The notes under the pieces were generated by a model. The model was given only the letters and a program-made list of their open reading frames with translations, was not told the origin of the DNA and did no database searches. The position numbers and the translations under genes are program-made. Below, in pieces: positions 13,575-39,349 of a stretch of 64,000 nucleotides of DNA. Source of the stretch: Nageia nagi (taxonomy: Eukaryota > Plantae > Pinophyta); the NCBI GenBank assembly GCA_050084985.1, contig JBITNC010000001.1, forward strand, positions 25,358,001 to 25,422,000, given 5' to 3'. The stretch's first letter is position 1, and every line of letters begins with the position of its first letter.

Positions 13575-16500
13575 ATGGAAGAATCTTTTTTACCCAAACA
13601 CATTATTGATGGTTTCAACTATGGATTTGGGAACCTCGAATGAGAGTTGAATTATAAGTAAGGAAGTTATGGCAAATAATGAATGAAAATCTTGTACCTT
13701 TTATAGATGAGAAGGTACTAAAAGCTTATAACACAAAGAATGAGTTGGCAACCTCTATGACTTATTGTGTAGTTTTAGATGATGTGCTCCTAATGATATC
13801 TTTATCAACTTCAACAAAGGAAGCATGGGATAAGCTAAAGTAAATCTACCTTAGTTCAAACTTTTTAAGAAGGTTTACCATTCTCCAAAAGTTGCTTCAA
13901 TCTTATCAAGGGAAAGATGAAAATGTGGCTATCTACTTGAACAAAATCATTGACCTAAAGACCTAACTTGTAGCTTGTGGATGCAATTAGATCAATGAGT
14001 TCATGGTCTTCATCATTCTTCAAAGCTTCTCTTCAAAGTTTGAAAACTTTGTAACAATTATGGAAATAAAGTTTGATGATGAAGAAGATGTCATCTCTCT
14101 TAAGAACTTTTCAAGGCACTTATTGAAGCATGAGAAAACCCTTAATAATAAAAGGTTGATTTCTTCTCTAAAGGATAATAACATTACTCTTAAAGTAACC
14201 AAAACTCCTTTCAAGAAGAAGTTCAACCATCAAAAGAAATCTTACTCTTCTCCTCCAAAAGGTTTAAGAAAAGAGGTAATGGCTACAATAGTAACAGAAA
14301 TAACAACCATAATAGCAAGAACAACGATAACAACAATCATTTCAAGCAAAGAGATGGAAAAGTCAAAGTAAACACTCCTTATCATAAGAAAATGTTTGAT
14401 GGCAATTGTAACTATTATGGTATTCAAGGTCATAAAGAAGTTGATTGCTACAAAAAAAAGAGAGAAAAAATACAAAGGTAATGGAAATATAAAGAACTAC
14501 AAAGGAAAGAAAAATACTCAGCTAGTTTTGCTATGGCACTCTACTCCATATCTCACACTTTTTCATTTGAATGGATTGTTGACTCTAGTTGCACTAATCA
14601 CCTGTGCTTTGAAAAGGAAAATTTTAAGAACTTTCATAAGTATAATAAGGATATGGTTATGATAGGTGATAACTCTACCTTTGAAGTCTAAGGAATTAGG
14701 AGTGTGCTGATTCATGAAAAGGTTTTTGAAAATGTTCTCTATGTTCCTAAGTTAAGGATGAACCTTCTCTTCATGATCCAAGTTATTAGAAAAAGGAACT
14801 CTTTTGAGTTCAACTCTCAATCCTAGTGCATTAAAAAAGGACTTACCACTTTGGTTAAAGGATATGTGAAAGATAACCTCTATATTATGGATCAAGTACC
14901 ATCAAAGATATATCTTACTTCTAATGTGTGTTCTAAAGGTAATCTTTGGCATCATCATTTAGAGCACCTTAACCGTAAGAATATTCAATTCATGAAAGAC
15001 TAAAAACTTGTGAAAGGTTTGCCTTTAATTTTTTCTTCAACAAGTCTATGCAAGAAGTGTATTCTTGGTAAGATGCATAGATAAAAGTTTGAAAAAGATA
15101 AAGCAATAAGAGCATCTCAACCTTTTCAACTTATGCATTCAGATTTAATGGGTCCATTTCATACTAAGTCACTTGGAGGAGCATCTTATGTCTTGACCTT
15201 CATTTATGACTTTATTAGAATGACCTTTGGGTATCTACTTGAGCACAAGGATCAAACTTTTAAGAGTTTTAAGATTTGTAAAGCCTTTGTTGAGAACCAA
15301 ACTAACCTTAAAATCAAGATGTTAAGATCAGATAATGGGGAAAAATATAATAAAAATGAATTCAATGACTATTATGCTAAGTATGGAATCAAATGATAGT
15401 TTACGATTCCTTACACTCCTCAGTAGAATGATGTTATCGAAAGGAAAAATAGAATAATCATGGAGATGGCCAAATGCATGTTGGGTAATATTCCTAAATT
15501 CCTATGGGGTGAAGCTATGAGCACTACTATTTACACCTTAAATAGGTGTTCCACAAAAGTCATTCAGAGAAAAACTCCTTTTGAAGCATAGTTAGGAAGA
15601 AAATCTAACATTTCACACCTTAGGGTGTTTCGTTGTGAAGCATTCTCCTACACTATTTTTGAGAAAAGGAAGAAGTTGGATAAAAGAGCTAAAAAATGCA
15701 TCTTTATAGGTTATGATAGTCAACATAGAGGCTATAGGCTCTACTCTCCAACCTATAAAGCAGTGTTCATTTTCAGGGATGTAAAGTTTAATGAACTTCT
15801 TGAAGAATCTACTTCTAACAAGGATGCTAATAATCCATAGGACTCTTCAGTTGCTCTTAGCTGGTTAGATATTGATGTAGACAAGTCACCTCAAGAACAA
15901 AATTCTCTAACATAAAAGGTAACAAGGAGCATGACCTTGAACAAATATTTAATTACCAAGATTGATAATAAGCATGAGCCCTCAACCTTTAAAGAAGCTT
16001 CTAAGCAAGAGTGTTGGATGGAATCCATGAAAGTGGAGTATGAGATGCTTTATAAAAATAAAACTTGGGACTTGGTTCCTTATCTCAATAATAAGAATGC
16101 GATTGGCAATAAGTTGATCTATAAGATCAAGTTCAATTTAATTGAATATATAAAGAAATACAAGGCAAGGTTAGTAGTTAAAGGTTTTACTCAAAAATAC
16201 AATATGGATTATGAGAAAACTTTTGCTCCCATGGCAAATATGCCTACTATGAGAGTTATCCTTACTCTTTCTATAGCTAAAAGATAGAAAAATTTTCAAC
16301 TTGATGTTAAGAGTGCATTTCTCAATGGTGACTTAGATGTGAAAATCTTTATGAATCAATCAGAAGGGTTTATTATGGAAGGTAAAGAGTCCTTTATGTG
16401 TAAGCTAAAAAAGTCTTTATATGAACTTAAGCAAGCACTTCGAGCTTGGTACAAAAAGATTTCAAAGTACTTTGCAAACATTGGATTCTCCAAGTATTTT

Positions 16501-17518
16501 TTTGAATCTGATCTATATGTGCTCAATTAAGGAAAAGACATGGTCTTGATTTTTCTTTATGTGGATGATCTTTTGATTATTAGAAATAATGATAAAATCA
16601 TTTAAGAGTGCATATCCAAATTTAAGGTAACATTTGAAATGATTGAACTTGGTCTCTTGCACTACTATCTTGGAATGTAAGTGTATTAATACAATGATTG
16701 TACTTACCTCAATCAATCTAAGTATATGTTATACATATTGTAAAAGTTTGAAATGGAGGAGTGTAGATATGTTGCAATCTCAGTCTCTCTTAGAATCACT
16801 ATTTCTCTTTGCTTTAACTCTTAATTAGCTAATGCTATAGCTTACAGGTAATTAATTGGTATTATTTTGTATTTGACTATATCCAGGTCAGACATTACCT
16901 TTACAGTGAATCTAATGGCATGATTCATGCAAAAACCATATGTTGAGCACTTCAATGCTATTAAGCAAATCTTAAGGTATGTTGTAGGGACTAAAGATCT
17001 TGCTCTCAAGTATTCCAAGTTTCCCTCATTTATTCTCTCTAGATTCTTAGATTCTGACTATGGGGGAGATATAGATGATAGGAAGTTAACCTTTGCATAT
17101 ATGTTTAGCATTGGTTCAAGTGCTAGCTCTTAGGCTTATAAGAAGCAACCTACTATTTCTCTTTCCAAAAGCCAAATATCATGCCATGTCTATTGTAGCC
17201 CAGGAAGCTATTTGGCTAAGGCATCTTCTGAAAAAAATTAGGTATTGGAAAGGTGGCTCATCTTTGATCTCTTCAGATAATCATTCAATTATTTCTTTGG
17301 CTAAGAATCCAATGTTCCATCATAAAACAAAACATGTGGAAATCCATGCCCATTTTATCAGGGAGAAGGTTCTTGATGACATCATACACCTAGAGTATTA
17401 TCTATCCACCTTGAACTCCATTGATTTATTCACCAAGCCCCTCCTGGAAGCTCAGTTCTATAAGGTAAGGGATGTTATAAGGTTGGTGAAGTTGCCCTCA
17501 AGGGGGAGTGAAGTTTGA
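13575..17518 (+). pseudogene. Copia B gag-pol (gag, PR, IN, RT, RNase H), many stops and frameshifts
   Basis: ORF fragments are colinear with the 1174-aa ORF of C: HSDLMGPF, KYKARLVVKGF, LKQALRAWY, HKTKHVEIHAHFIRE, and the same C-terminus LPSRGSEV. Confidence 0.95.
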
Positions 17519-17593
17519 ATTCTTATGTTGAATTCATGTTTGTGATGACAACTTCACCCTTAGGAGGATTTTATGCTATATAGTGTTGATTTT

Positions 17594-17863
17594 ATTGTAC
17601 ACCTTCATGGTAAGTTCACTTTATGTGAGCAACTTGTAAAAATTGGCTAATTTTGCACTGTTCAGTTATCCATGTGTGAGGAATTCTTATGTGTCTTTTG
17701 GTACTATTCAGTTATCCATATGTGAGGAACTCGTATGTGCATACTCTATTTTTTTGGTTAATCTAGCACTGTTCAGTTATCCATATGTGAGGAACTCTTA
17801 TGTGTCCTTTGGCACTATTCAATTATCCATATGTGAGGAACTCGTATGTGCATGCTCTATTTT
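17594..17863 (+). repeat. 3' UTR tandem repeat of B (2 x 111 bp, each holding two ~45-nt cores, plus one C-type unit)
   Basis: CAGTTATCCAT(A/G)TGTGAGGAACTC core occurs four times with a 111-bp period (17655/17766). Confidence 0.9.
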
Positions 17864-18314
17864 GTAATGATAATCAACACATGTTTTATATATAGCAGGT
17901 GACTATAAGTTTTTAGCATGGCATCTTTGTGATGCTTATAATGCACCATTAGTCAGTTCATGATGACATTTATGGGATTCATCTATCCTTGTTGATATGA
18001 ATATGATGCATCTAACTGATCTTAGTATTTGAGCTACTCATGACTTGCAGGTTCCTTTGAGATTGTAGGTTACTTACCTCATGAATGCAAGCTCTTTGAG
18101 ACTCTTCATGACTTCCAATTGGATGACTACTTCATGTACATTGAAACTAGTTGTGTTTAATGATTGTATTTAGCAAAGTAGTGAACGTCAAACTAGATCT
18201 TTCTTACTTCACAAATATGTAAAAAGTTCTCATCTTTGTTTGGAGGAGAACTCTCTTTCTTTCTCTTCTTCTTCTCTCATACTCGCTCTATCCCAATATT
18301 GCATTAAGGAGGAG

Positions 18315-18820
18315 TGTTGTAATGTATAATGCATTATTGTAAAGGTTTGTATTAAATCTTCTATGTAAATTCACTAATACTTAAGGCTATCATTTGATAC
18401 CTTAAGTATTTAAGTGAATATGATAATGTAACTTATCCTACACTCCATGTCGTGAGCATGCCCCTTGGATAAAAGGATGTGCATGTCATGCTTTTGTACA
18501 TTGGATAAAAGGGTGATCCAAAGAGGGATTTTGTTCTATAAATAGAAGGCTCCCTCTTTGTGATCACACACCAATGGTGGAGTAAAGTTATGCTATAGGA
18601 TGGAAGTGTAGGAGTTAAGGTTAGAAGGATTGTAAGAGAGCTATATTTATGATTGAAGTAAAGATCTAGTTAGTGGATGTACTCCTAGTTGGAAGAACCA
18701 CTTTATATATTGAGTTACTTTGTGAGATTGTCTTATTTGTGAGTTTGTTAGATATGTATTATGAGTTTTCAAGAGTTCTTGGTTGTTTAGGAATTTATCT
18801 TGTTAGTGTTAGTTCCTTCA
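18315..18820 (+). repeat. 3' LTR of Copia B
   Basis: Follows the PPT; direct repeat of 9989-10493. Confidence 0.95.
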
Positions 18821-20634
18821 CCATGTACTACTCCAAGTCCTCCATAAGGACCATCAAGCTCTTCTCCAATGGAAGAAGATAAACCACAAACACTAAGAGG
18901 TAAAAGAATACTCCAATATCATCCTTGTTTCCAAATGTTGGACAAAAAATTTCAAAGAAGATATACTAGGAGCCAAGCTAGTGAGATGAATGAAGTCTTG
19001 AAAAGACTTGAAAATTTGCACATGCATGGTGATGAAGACTCTCAATCCTAAGGGAGATATTGTAAACTATGCTTTAATTACTAGTATATAAGTATAGCCA
19101 CCTAGTTCTAAAAAAGCATGTGATCATGATGTATGGGAACAAGATATGAAAGAGGAAATGAACTCCATAAAAAAGAATGATACATGGGAGCTAGTGGAGC
19201 TTCCTAATGAAAAGAAATGTATTGGATGTAAATGGGTCTATAAGACCAAGATCAATACTGATGGAAGCATTGAAAGGTACAAGGTAATACTAATATCAAA
19301 AGGGTTTACTCAAAAGTATGGGATTGACTATGAGGAAACCTTTGCTCCAGTAGCAAGACAAAAGACTATTCGACTAGTGCTCTCCTTAACTGCTCACAAA
19401 GGATGTAATATTCAACACATGGATCTTAAAATTGATTTTCTTAATGGGTGCTTGAATGAAGAGAATTTTGTGCATCAACCTCAAGGCTTTGAAGAACAAG
19501 GTAAGGGAAACCTTATCTACAAGTTAGAGAAAGCATTGTATGGGATGGAATAGGCACCAAGAGCATAGTACTCTCACATTGATGGTTACTTTTAGAATTA
19601 TGGATTCACTAGGAGCAAAAGTGAACCCACCCTCTACTACATGAACAAAGGTAAAGACATCCTTCTTATGTGCTTATATGTGGATGACCTTATATTCATC
19701 GATAGTGATGCTAAGATGAATGAGGAGTTTAGAAACTCCATGATGTAAGAGTTTGAAATGAAGGATCTAGGTTTGATGAGTTATTTCCTAGGAATGGAGG
19801 TACATCAAAAGAAAAATGAGATCTTCATATGTCAATTTAAATATGCTAAAGACATGATAAATAAATTTTCCATTGAGAAGTGCAAGCCAGTTGCAACTCC
19901 AATAGGGCATGGGATACAACTAAGCAAAGATGATGGAGCATCAAAAGTTAACAAGACCAGTTATAGGAGCATGGTTGGGAGTTTGATGTTTCTCACCAAC
20001 ACATAAGGCCAAATATTTAGTATGTTGTTTCTTTAGTATCAAGGTTTATGGTTGATCCATATGAACTACACCTTCAAGCAACTAAAAGAATTTTGAGATA
20101 TGTAAATGGTACAATGGATCATGGGATTCATTACCATAAAAATGATGATGTAAAGTTAGTTGGCTTTAGTGATAGTGATCAAGGAAGCAACATAGATGAT
20201 AGGAAATCTACTTTAGGGAATTACTTTAGTCTTAGGTTTTGGTTAATCACTTGGAGTTCCAAAAAGCAAACGATAGTAGCACTATCATCTACCAAGGTTG
20301 AGTACATAGCAATTACTAATGATAGGGCCCAAACCTTATGGCTAAGAAAGGTTCTTGAAGAAATAAGAGAACGATGAAAAGGTCCTACTATATTGTATTG
20401 TGATAATATGAGTGCCATTCAATTGGCATATAATCTTATCCACAATAGCAGGTCAAAGCACTTCGACATGAAGTATCATTTCATCAAAGACATGGTGGAG
20501 AAAAATGTGATTGAGCTAAGGCATTGCAACACTTTAGACAACATAACAAACATCTTCACCAAAGGAGTTGCTAAAGCTCAGTATTTAAATCCGAGAGACT
20601 GTTTGGTCAGGCCTCTCAACTTTAAGGGGGAGAA
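18821..20634 (+). pseudogene. Copia A RT and RNase H (resumes after B)
   Basis: NDTWELV...GCKWVYK...DYEETFAPVAR, YVDD (~19675), SDSD..DDRKST, CDNMSAI...SKHFD. Confidence 0.93.
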
Positions 20635-20916
20635 TGTTAGAACATGATCTAGCATTATATGTATCCAGCAATTTCCTAAGTCTATGTAGGCATAGATATT
20701 TAGTTATGTAGACAGGGAAGTGATATTTTCTATTTGTTAAGATGTTGCTATAAATAAGACATAGTCCTATAGCTTAGTCATTTAGACTTTGTTAGTCATA
20801 ACCTACGAATAAAGTCTGGTGCTATTACTTTGGTTTGGTGTTATTTCTTAGGTTGCTCTTAGCACTATAAAATGTAATCCATTTAAGAATAATATTAAGT
20901 TCTCTCAAAATTCATA
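20635..20916 (+). repeat. 3' LTR of Copia A
   Basis: Follows the PPT; direct repeat of 6952-7228. Confidence 0.93.
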
Positions 20917-21779
20917 CATGAGAGCCAAATGAATATAAAATTCTCCACTATAAGTCATTACTAGTCACTTATTCCAGCTTTAGATAATTTGTTGTAATAG
21001 ATCAAAATCATAACCCTAGTCAAACTTTCTCAAGAAATGCATAAAACCTCCTTTCTCTAGAATTTATTGGACATCCTCACCAACCATAAGGATATTAGGC
21101 TCTAAAATTAACTTTCTCTCATCAAATTCCAATGTGAGATTGTTTATGGAGCTTATTATTTCCATCTTTTGGAATCACCCAATATCTCCCCCTAAACAAC
21201 ATATGAACGTGAATAGAGTTCTAAATCTTCTTAAGCAAGTTTCAATTTTGTACCTCCAATCTCTTTGATATGATTATTTGCTCCATCACACATGGTGAAT
21301 CTACTATTCTACTTATTATCTCCTCTTCGATACAATTCATCACACAATTCCCATGCATACTTTAATCCTTCCATCTTTAATTACTTTAGAATTATAAACT
21401 AGACAAACCTAACTTGATCTAATCCACGTATTAGTTGCATATAAAACTTAAAGATTGTCCATGCAATTTTATGATAACTCCACTCCATTGTCACTAAAAT
21501 TGAAGCCATCAAAACCACCCTTGTATATAGCAGTCCAAGTGAGCTAAGAAAATACTTTATTATATGACAAACTCTTTTATGACAAACTTTATATTACTTT
21601 AATAGGTATGACTTTGCCACCTAATTTATTTTAAAAGCATTTATTTTTCTAATAAATAAGTACTTCAAAAATAATTGAAGATGATAGTTAGAATGACTTC
21701 ATGGAGGATGGAGGTGTCCTAAAATACAATTTAAAGCTTCAAATACGACATAAATAAAAGACCACCATTTCATCATGGC

Positions 21780-22369
21780 CTCGAGATAGTCTAAGACATA
21801 TCCGGTAAGACATGGCTGTATGTGCCGTGATCATGTTACTCTCGGTTTCCTTGACCAACATCACTCTTTGTCTTTTTAATCATTTTATTCCCCAACAGTT
21901 TACCCTAACTTCAGATCTCCTTTAATTACGTTGTACCCTGCCTACATTCATTCTCTTCTGCCGCCACGTGTCGCCTTTAATTCAACGGAAAAATCCCTGG
22001 CCAAGAAGATTACGGTCTCTGATACGATCATACGCCTATTTCAACTCCGCCCTTTAAATTCCAGCTGCTTACCAGCTGGCAGGCGGAAAAAACTCGACGA
22101 ACGGTAATAAACATTTTGCTGCATTGCTCGCCAAATTAGAGTTGGCTAAATTTGCAGGCATGGTCACTCAATCGGTAGGGCCCCAGGTTAAATACTGACC
22201 ATTAATGGTCGCTTTACAATCTTTAATAGGGGGAAACAGGTCTTCATTTGAACATCACTGAAGTTTTTCTCCCTGAGCTGGTTCTCCCTATTAAATGATC
22301 CGGTCTGCTGTGTTATTCAGCGAGAATTTATTCGAAAGCTGAAGGGGAAGGAATTATTTTAATTGGAGA
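21780..22369 (+). promoter_or_regulatory. CpG-retaining promoter/5' UTR of the epimerase gene with a G-box/ABRE
   Basis: CpG density rises abruptly relative to the flanking TEs. GCCACGTGTC lies at 21963-21972 and a TATA-like CTATTAAAT at ~22288. The TSS is not determined. Confidence 0.5.
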
Positions 22370-35570
<13,201 letters not shown>

Positions 35571-35616
35571 GCTCTTTCATTTTATGTTTTCAATCTATCA
35601 AATGGTTCTGGAAGTA

Positions 35617-35725
35617 AGGAGCTCTGAATCTATAGCTAGATTTATCGTATCCAAAGTCGTATTTCTGAGAGGAGCTCTGAATCTATAACTAGATTTATCG
35701 TATCCAAAGTCGTATTTCTGAGAGG
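35617..35725. repeat. 53-bp tandem duplication in the 3' UTR
   Basis: AGGAGCTCTGAATCTATA(G/A)CTAGATTTATCGTATCCAAAGTCGTATTTCTGAG occurs twice with one mismatch. Confidence 0.95.
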
Positions 35726-36279
35726 CAAGAAGGAATCAATTGAAAGTTAATTTATGTAGATGAGAATGTGACTGGCCTGCTCATGTCTTAAGGGATGGAA
35801 GCCATAGCAGGAACAGGGCCTACTTTGAAAACTCCTCTTGACAATACGTCTCTATTTGTAGAATGAGAGAACAAGCTATTAGTGGATAATAAGGCAATGT
35901 CCTTTCCTGTAATATTCATTTACTGGGAAGAGGAGATTATTGAATCCTGGATTGCAGGCTGGGACAAAATTCATTTGTTATTCATTACAATACTTGGTAT
36001 GTATTTTTAATTTTTATTGGGGCATTTTGACTTGTACAGGATGTGTTGTGATTTGAACATATTGTATTGAATTGTGGTGATTTTTCTAAACATATTATAT
36101 TGAATTGTGGCTGCTCTGTGGAGTGGTTTTGCAATGCAGTCCAAGAGGAGAAACATATTAGAAGATGCTCTTCCTGGCCGCCTGTATGGGATATTTTTAA
36201 AACCACCAGAAATTGAGACAGCTAACAAACAAGCAATTTGCTTGCAATTATGCTTGGCCCGAAGCTTGAATTTTGTAAG

Positions 36280-36660
36280 TGTATCAAATTACAAAACTGA
36301 CATCATGTCTAATCACAAAACATGAGGCCATTGCCAAAAAAAACTCTACCTTCAGAAACACACAAATCCTGGATAATATGCCCCAAACTAATTTGGAAGA
36401 TGAATTTCATTATGTTACAGGTAGCACATCAAAACTGGTCAAATCATGCTCAAACAATTGAATTGCTCATGATGAGGTTGAAATCGTTTCAATTGATGCA
36501 CCGTTGATTTCTTCTTGGAGTTAGTCCGATCTGGCATTCATCAGAAAATCTGATCCAAAAACCATGTAAAACTGGTTGAATGCAAAGAGTGCTGGATCAA
36601 CATCAAATTAGCTGCCAGCAAAGTGTTTAACGAAATGCCAGCTAAGAAAATATCCAAAAT
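36280..36660 (+). pseudogene. Possible PLS-class PPR gene relic
   Basis: QILDNMPQTNL and AASKVFNEMPAK resemble PLS-PPR 'VFDEMP' motifs. Fragmentary. Confidence 0.3.
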
Positions 36661-39349
36661 TCATCAAAATTATTGATGAACATGTGGCACATGCATTATT
36701 ATCTATTTTGGTTGATGCTTAATTACTTGTACACCCCTCCTAGAATGTTGCATCAGTTTGAAGCAGGTACTTTAAACATCCTATAAGCATATATAAATAA
36801 ATATATTTTGATTACCGAGTAAAATTGTGTTTTGAAAGGGATACCGAAATTTGTTACAAAATATATATCATACATTTATACTGACTATACAACATTGCCT
36901 AGTTGGAGCAAAATAGTACCTGCTACAAACTGAATATATTATCTTTCTATGTATGGAATTTTTGGCAAAAAGATAAACAGGCCATCATGCCTCTTCCTGC
37001 AAGCATTTAGAGTTTCTTTTAGGTCTTCTGCTCTCTTGTTTATATCTCATATTTTGGTCTACTTCCAATTTTATCTTGGAGAGGGTAGAGGCTGCTGTTT
37101 AATCCTTATTGTGATCTTTCTTTTTCTTCTTGATTCTATTCTTTTGTTTGATGCTTGGGTTCTAATAGCCTTGTCTACCCTTTTTTTTGTATCTGATATA
37201 GCCCTGTCTTTTCAATGGAGGGACCCTTGGGACTATGTGCCAGTTTCTGCTGTCCAGAAGTGCACTTCCTTGAGGTTGATGGGCTTGTTTCGCCCTTTGG
37301 TTGAGGGTGGTCCCCCAGTTGGATATACCCATGACTAAGGTGTTCAACTTAAAAGGGTCGGGTTTTGTGTTTCTCATATAGTCCTAGTCTTTTCAACTGC
37401 TTCATTTTTATGTTGCAGTTATCTTTCAGCTCTTTCCTCTTTGAGTTGATTGGGTGATTGCACATCTTTTTCTACCCCTTTGTTTTGTTTGCCTTTCATA
37501 TTGCCTAGGAGGGTTTCTTCATTTGAAGAGGTTTGGTGATTTTACTTTTCAATTTGGGTGTTCTCTAGTTCAACTGCCATGCCTTTTTAAACCTATTGGT
37601 ATGTGGGATCAATTAAGTATTTGAATGATTGTTTCTCATATAAAGAAAGACATTGAACAATGCATAAATATTTCAAGAAAAACAAGAAATCTTCCAAAGA
37701 CAATTGATCACAATCATTCACACCCATCAAATGAAAATAAATCATTAAAACAAAATTTTAGAACTAGGTCAAGCACAATATGATGATATTTGATAAACAA
37801 TAATTAGCAGGAAACTTAAAAATTCATGATAGTTATTTTTAAAATTATATATAAAATACTCTCACAATTGTTTCTTCCATCATTTTACTAAAATTGAATG
37901 ATATTTAAACCTAGGAATGAATGTTTGACTCTCTTGTATAACTTGCATTTGCATATAAAGGAATTATGTTTATGCTTGTCAATAAAAAGAACAATTAAGC
38001 ATCTATTGATGGTTTGAATTCAATCTAAAGATGTGAGGATGTTGTTCTTTTCTTGATCAAGCAAGAATCTTTTGATATTCAATGGCCTTTGCCTTGGTCT
38101 TAACAATCCATGTCTTTTTCTCTACTATTCTTGCTCACTTCCTTTGTAGTGTTGAAGGGGTTACAAGTCTTTGAATCTTTGGAGCTTTGTTTTATTTCTT
38201 GTCTTCAATTGAAAAAATTACAAAATTATCGAATTTATATCTGTTTTCAAATCTTATATCATTGATAGCTTTAAATGTTTCGAAAAGCTTTAAGGTATCA
38301 AAAGTCACTCATGCCATAAAAGATACGAGATTCTAAAACAAATACATAATACATCAACAAGTTGTAAAAGCTTAAGAAGCAATTGAGAATTGCAAGATAT
38401 AATAGATAGTAGCACCTTTGTATATAATATTTGTTTAGTTCTCTTGTATCTTTAAATCATACTAGTAAACTTCCTCCATAAATTTATAATTTCTAGCCAT
38501 TTTTATGGTTAGAAAGCAGTCACATGAAATAGTGTATTAACATGCATAAAACATCAAAATTATCAATATTATTTTACATCAATATTGGCACCAAAGTCTC
38601 TTCATTTTGAACTTGCTTAAATAACTTCATCAAGGAATGCAACAAAAGGAAAGGGAAGCAAATCCTTTATTTAAGGAAATGATTTAATAAGATAAAATGG
38701 AAGCCATATAGGAGAAAAATTTATAGTTTAGAGTTTACATATTTGGTAAATCATTATACCATTTTATCTCAGTAGGAGGGAAAACTTTCTTTTAGGTGTC
38801 ACATTCTTTCTTTTTTAGAATTTTATTGTCTTTGGAGAAGAAATTGAGTTCATCTTGTTTAACCTTCTCTTATTTTCTGAACCATCTACCTTCCAAGCTT
38901 AGTGATCTAAAATGGATCATATTAATGAAGATCAAATATCATTGGAGTGAGGACTTGTCACATTCTCATGCTTGGGTGGTATTTGGAACATTTTGCTATT
39001 GGCTTGTGGAAAATTGTGGCTAAAAAATAGTCATAAAATATATCATTCATCTTTGGAAAGACATAACTTTTAATAGAGATGTTCAATTGAGTTGATTCTT
39101 TTTTCATTGAATAGTGCTCGAAAATACCTTTCCAATGACTATATGCATGCCTACTTTTGTCGAAGATTTGATTATCATCCAAAGTATTTTTACTAGAATT
39201 GTCAAAACTACCAACGCCAATGTTTGTGCTAATATTTTTGAGGAATTTAGGTGTAGAATTTTGAATTTGATTTATATATAAAAAAAGATTCCATGGACCA
39301 AGTATTACTTAAAATGACCAACGTTAAAGTTGGATAAAACTCGATATAA

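Larger units (their letters stand above)
9989..18820 (+). mobile_element. Ty1/Copia element B (full length, degenerate, nested in A)
   Basis: TG...CA LTRs at 9989-10493 and 18315-18820 (about 94% identical by manual count). PBS TGGTATCAAAGC 10497-10508, PPT AAGGAGGAG ending 18314, TSD CCAAG/CCATG. The leader is ~3 kb and gag-pol spans 13575-17518. Confidence 0.96.
6952..20916 (+). mobile_element. Ty1/Copia element A (complete ends, degenerate, internally deleted, hosts element B)
   Basis: LTRs at 6952-7228 and 20635-20916 (about 90% identical by eye). PBS TGGTATCAGAGC 7231-7242, PPT AAGGGGGAGAA before 20635, TSD CATAA/CATGA. gag-IN lies at 8168-9988 and RT-RNaseH at 18821-20634. Confidence 0.95.
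6430..21580 (-). pseudogene. Retroelement extra ORF, copy 2 (tandem duplicate, split by Copia A: 6430-6951 plus 20917-21580)
   Basis: 6430-6951 aligns with ~5250-5766 and 20917-21580 aligns with ~5762-6440. ORF 6509-6766 reads INILGFLLKVMEK...LHQGLMLMLL. Confidence 0.7.

Noticed and set aside
36949-37338. 129-aa hydrophobic ORF
   Set aside because: T-rich low-complexity translation with no recognisable domain or splice structure.
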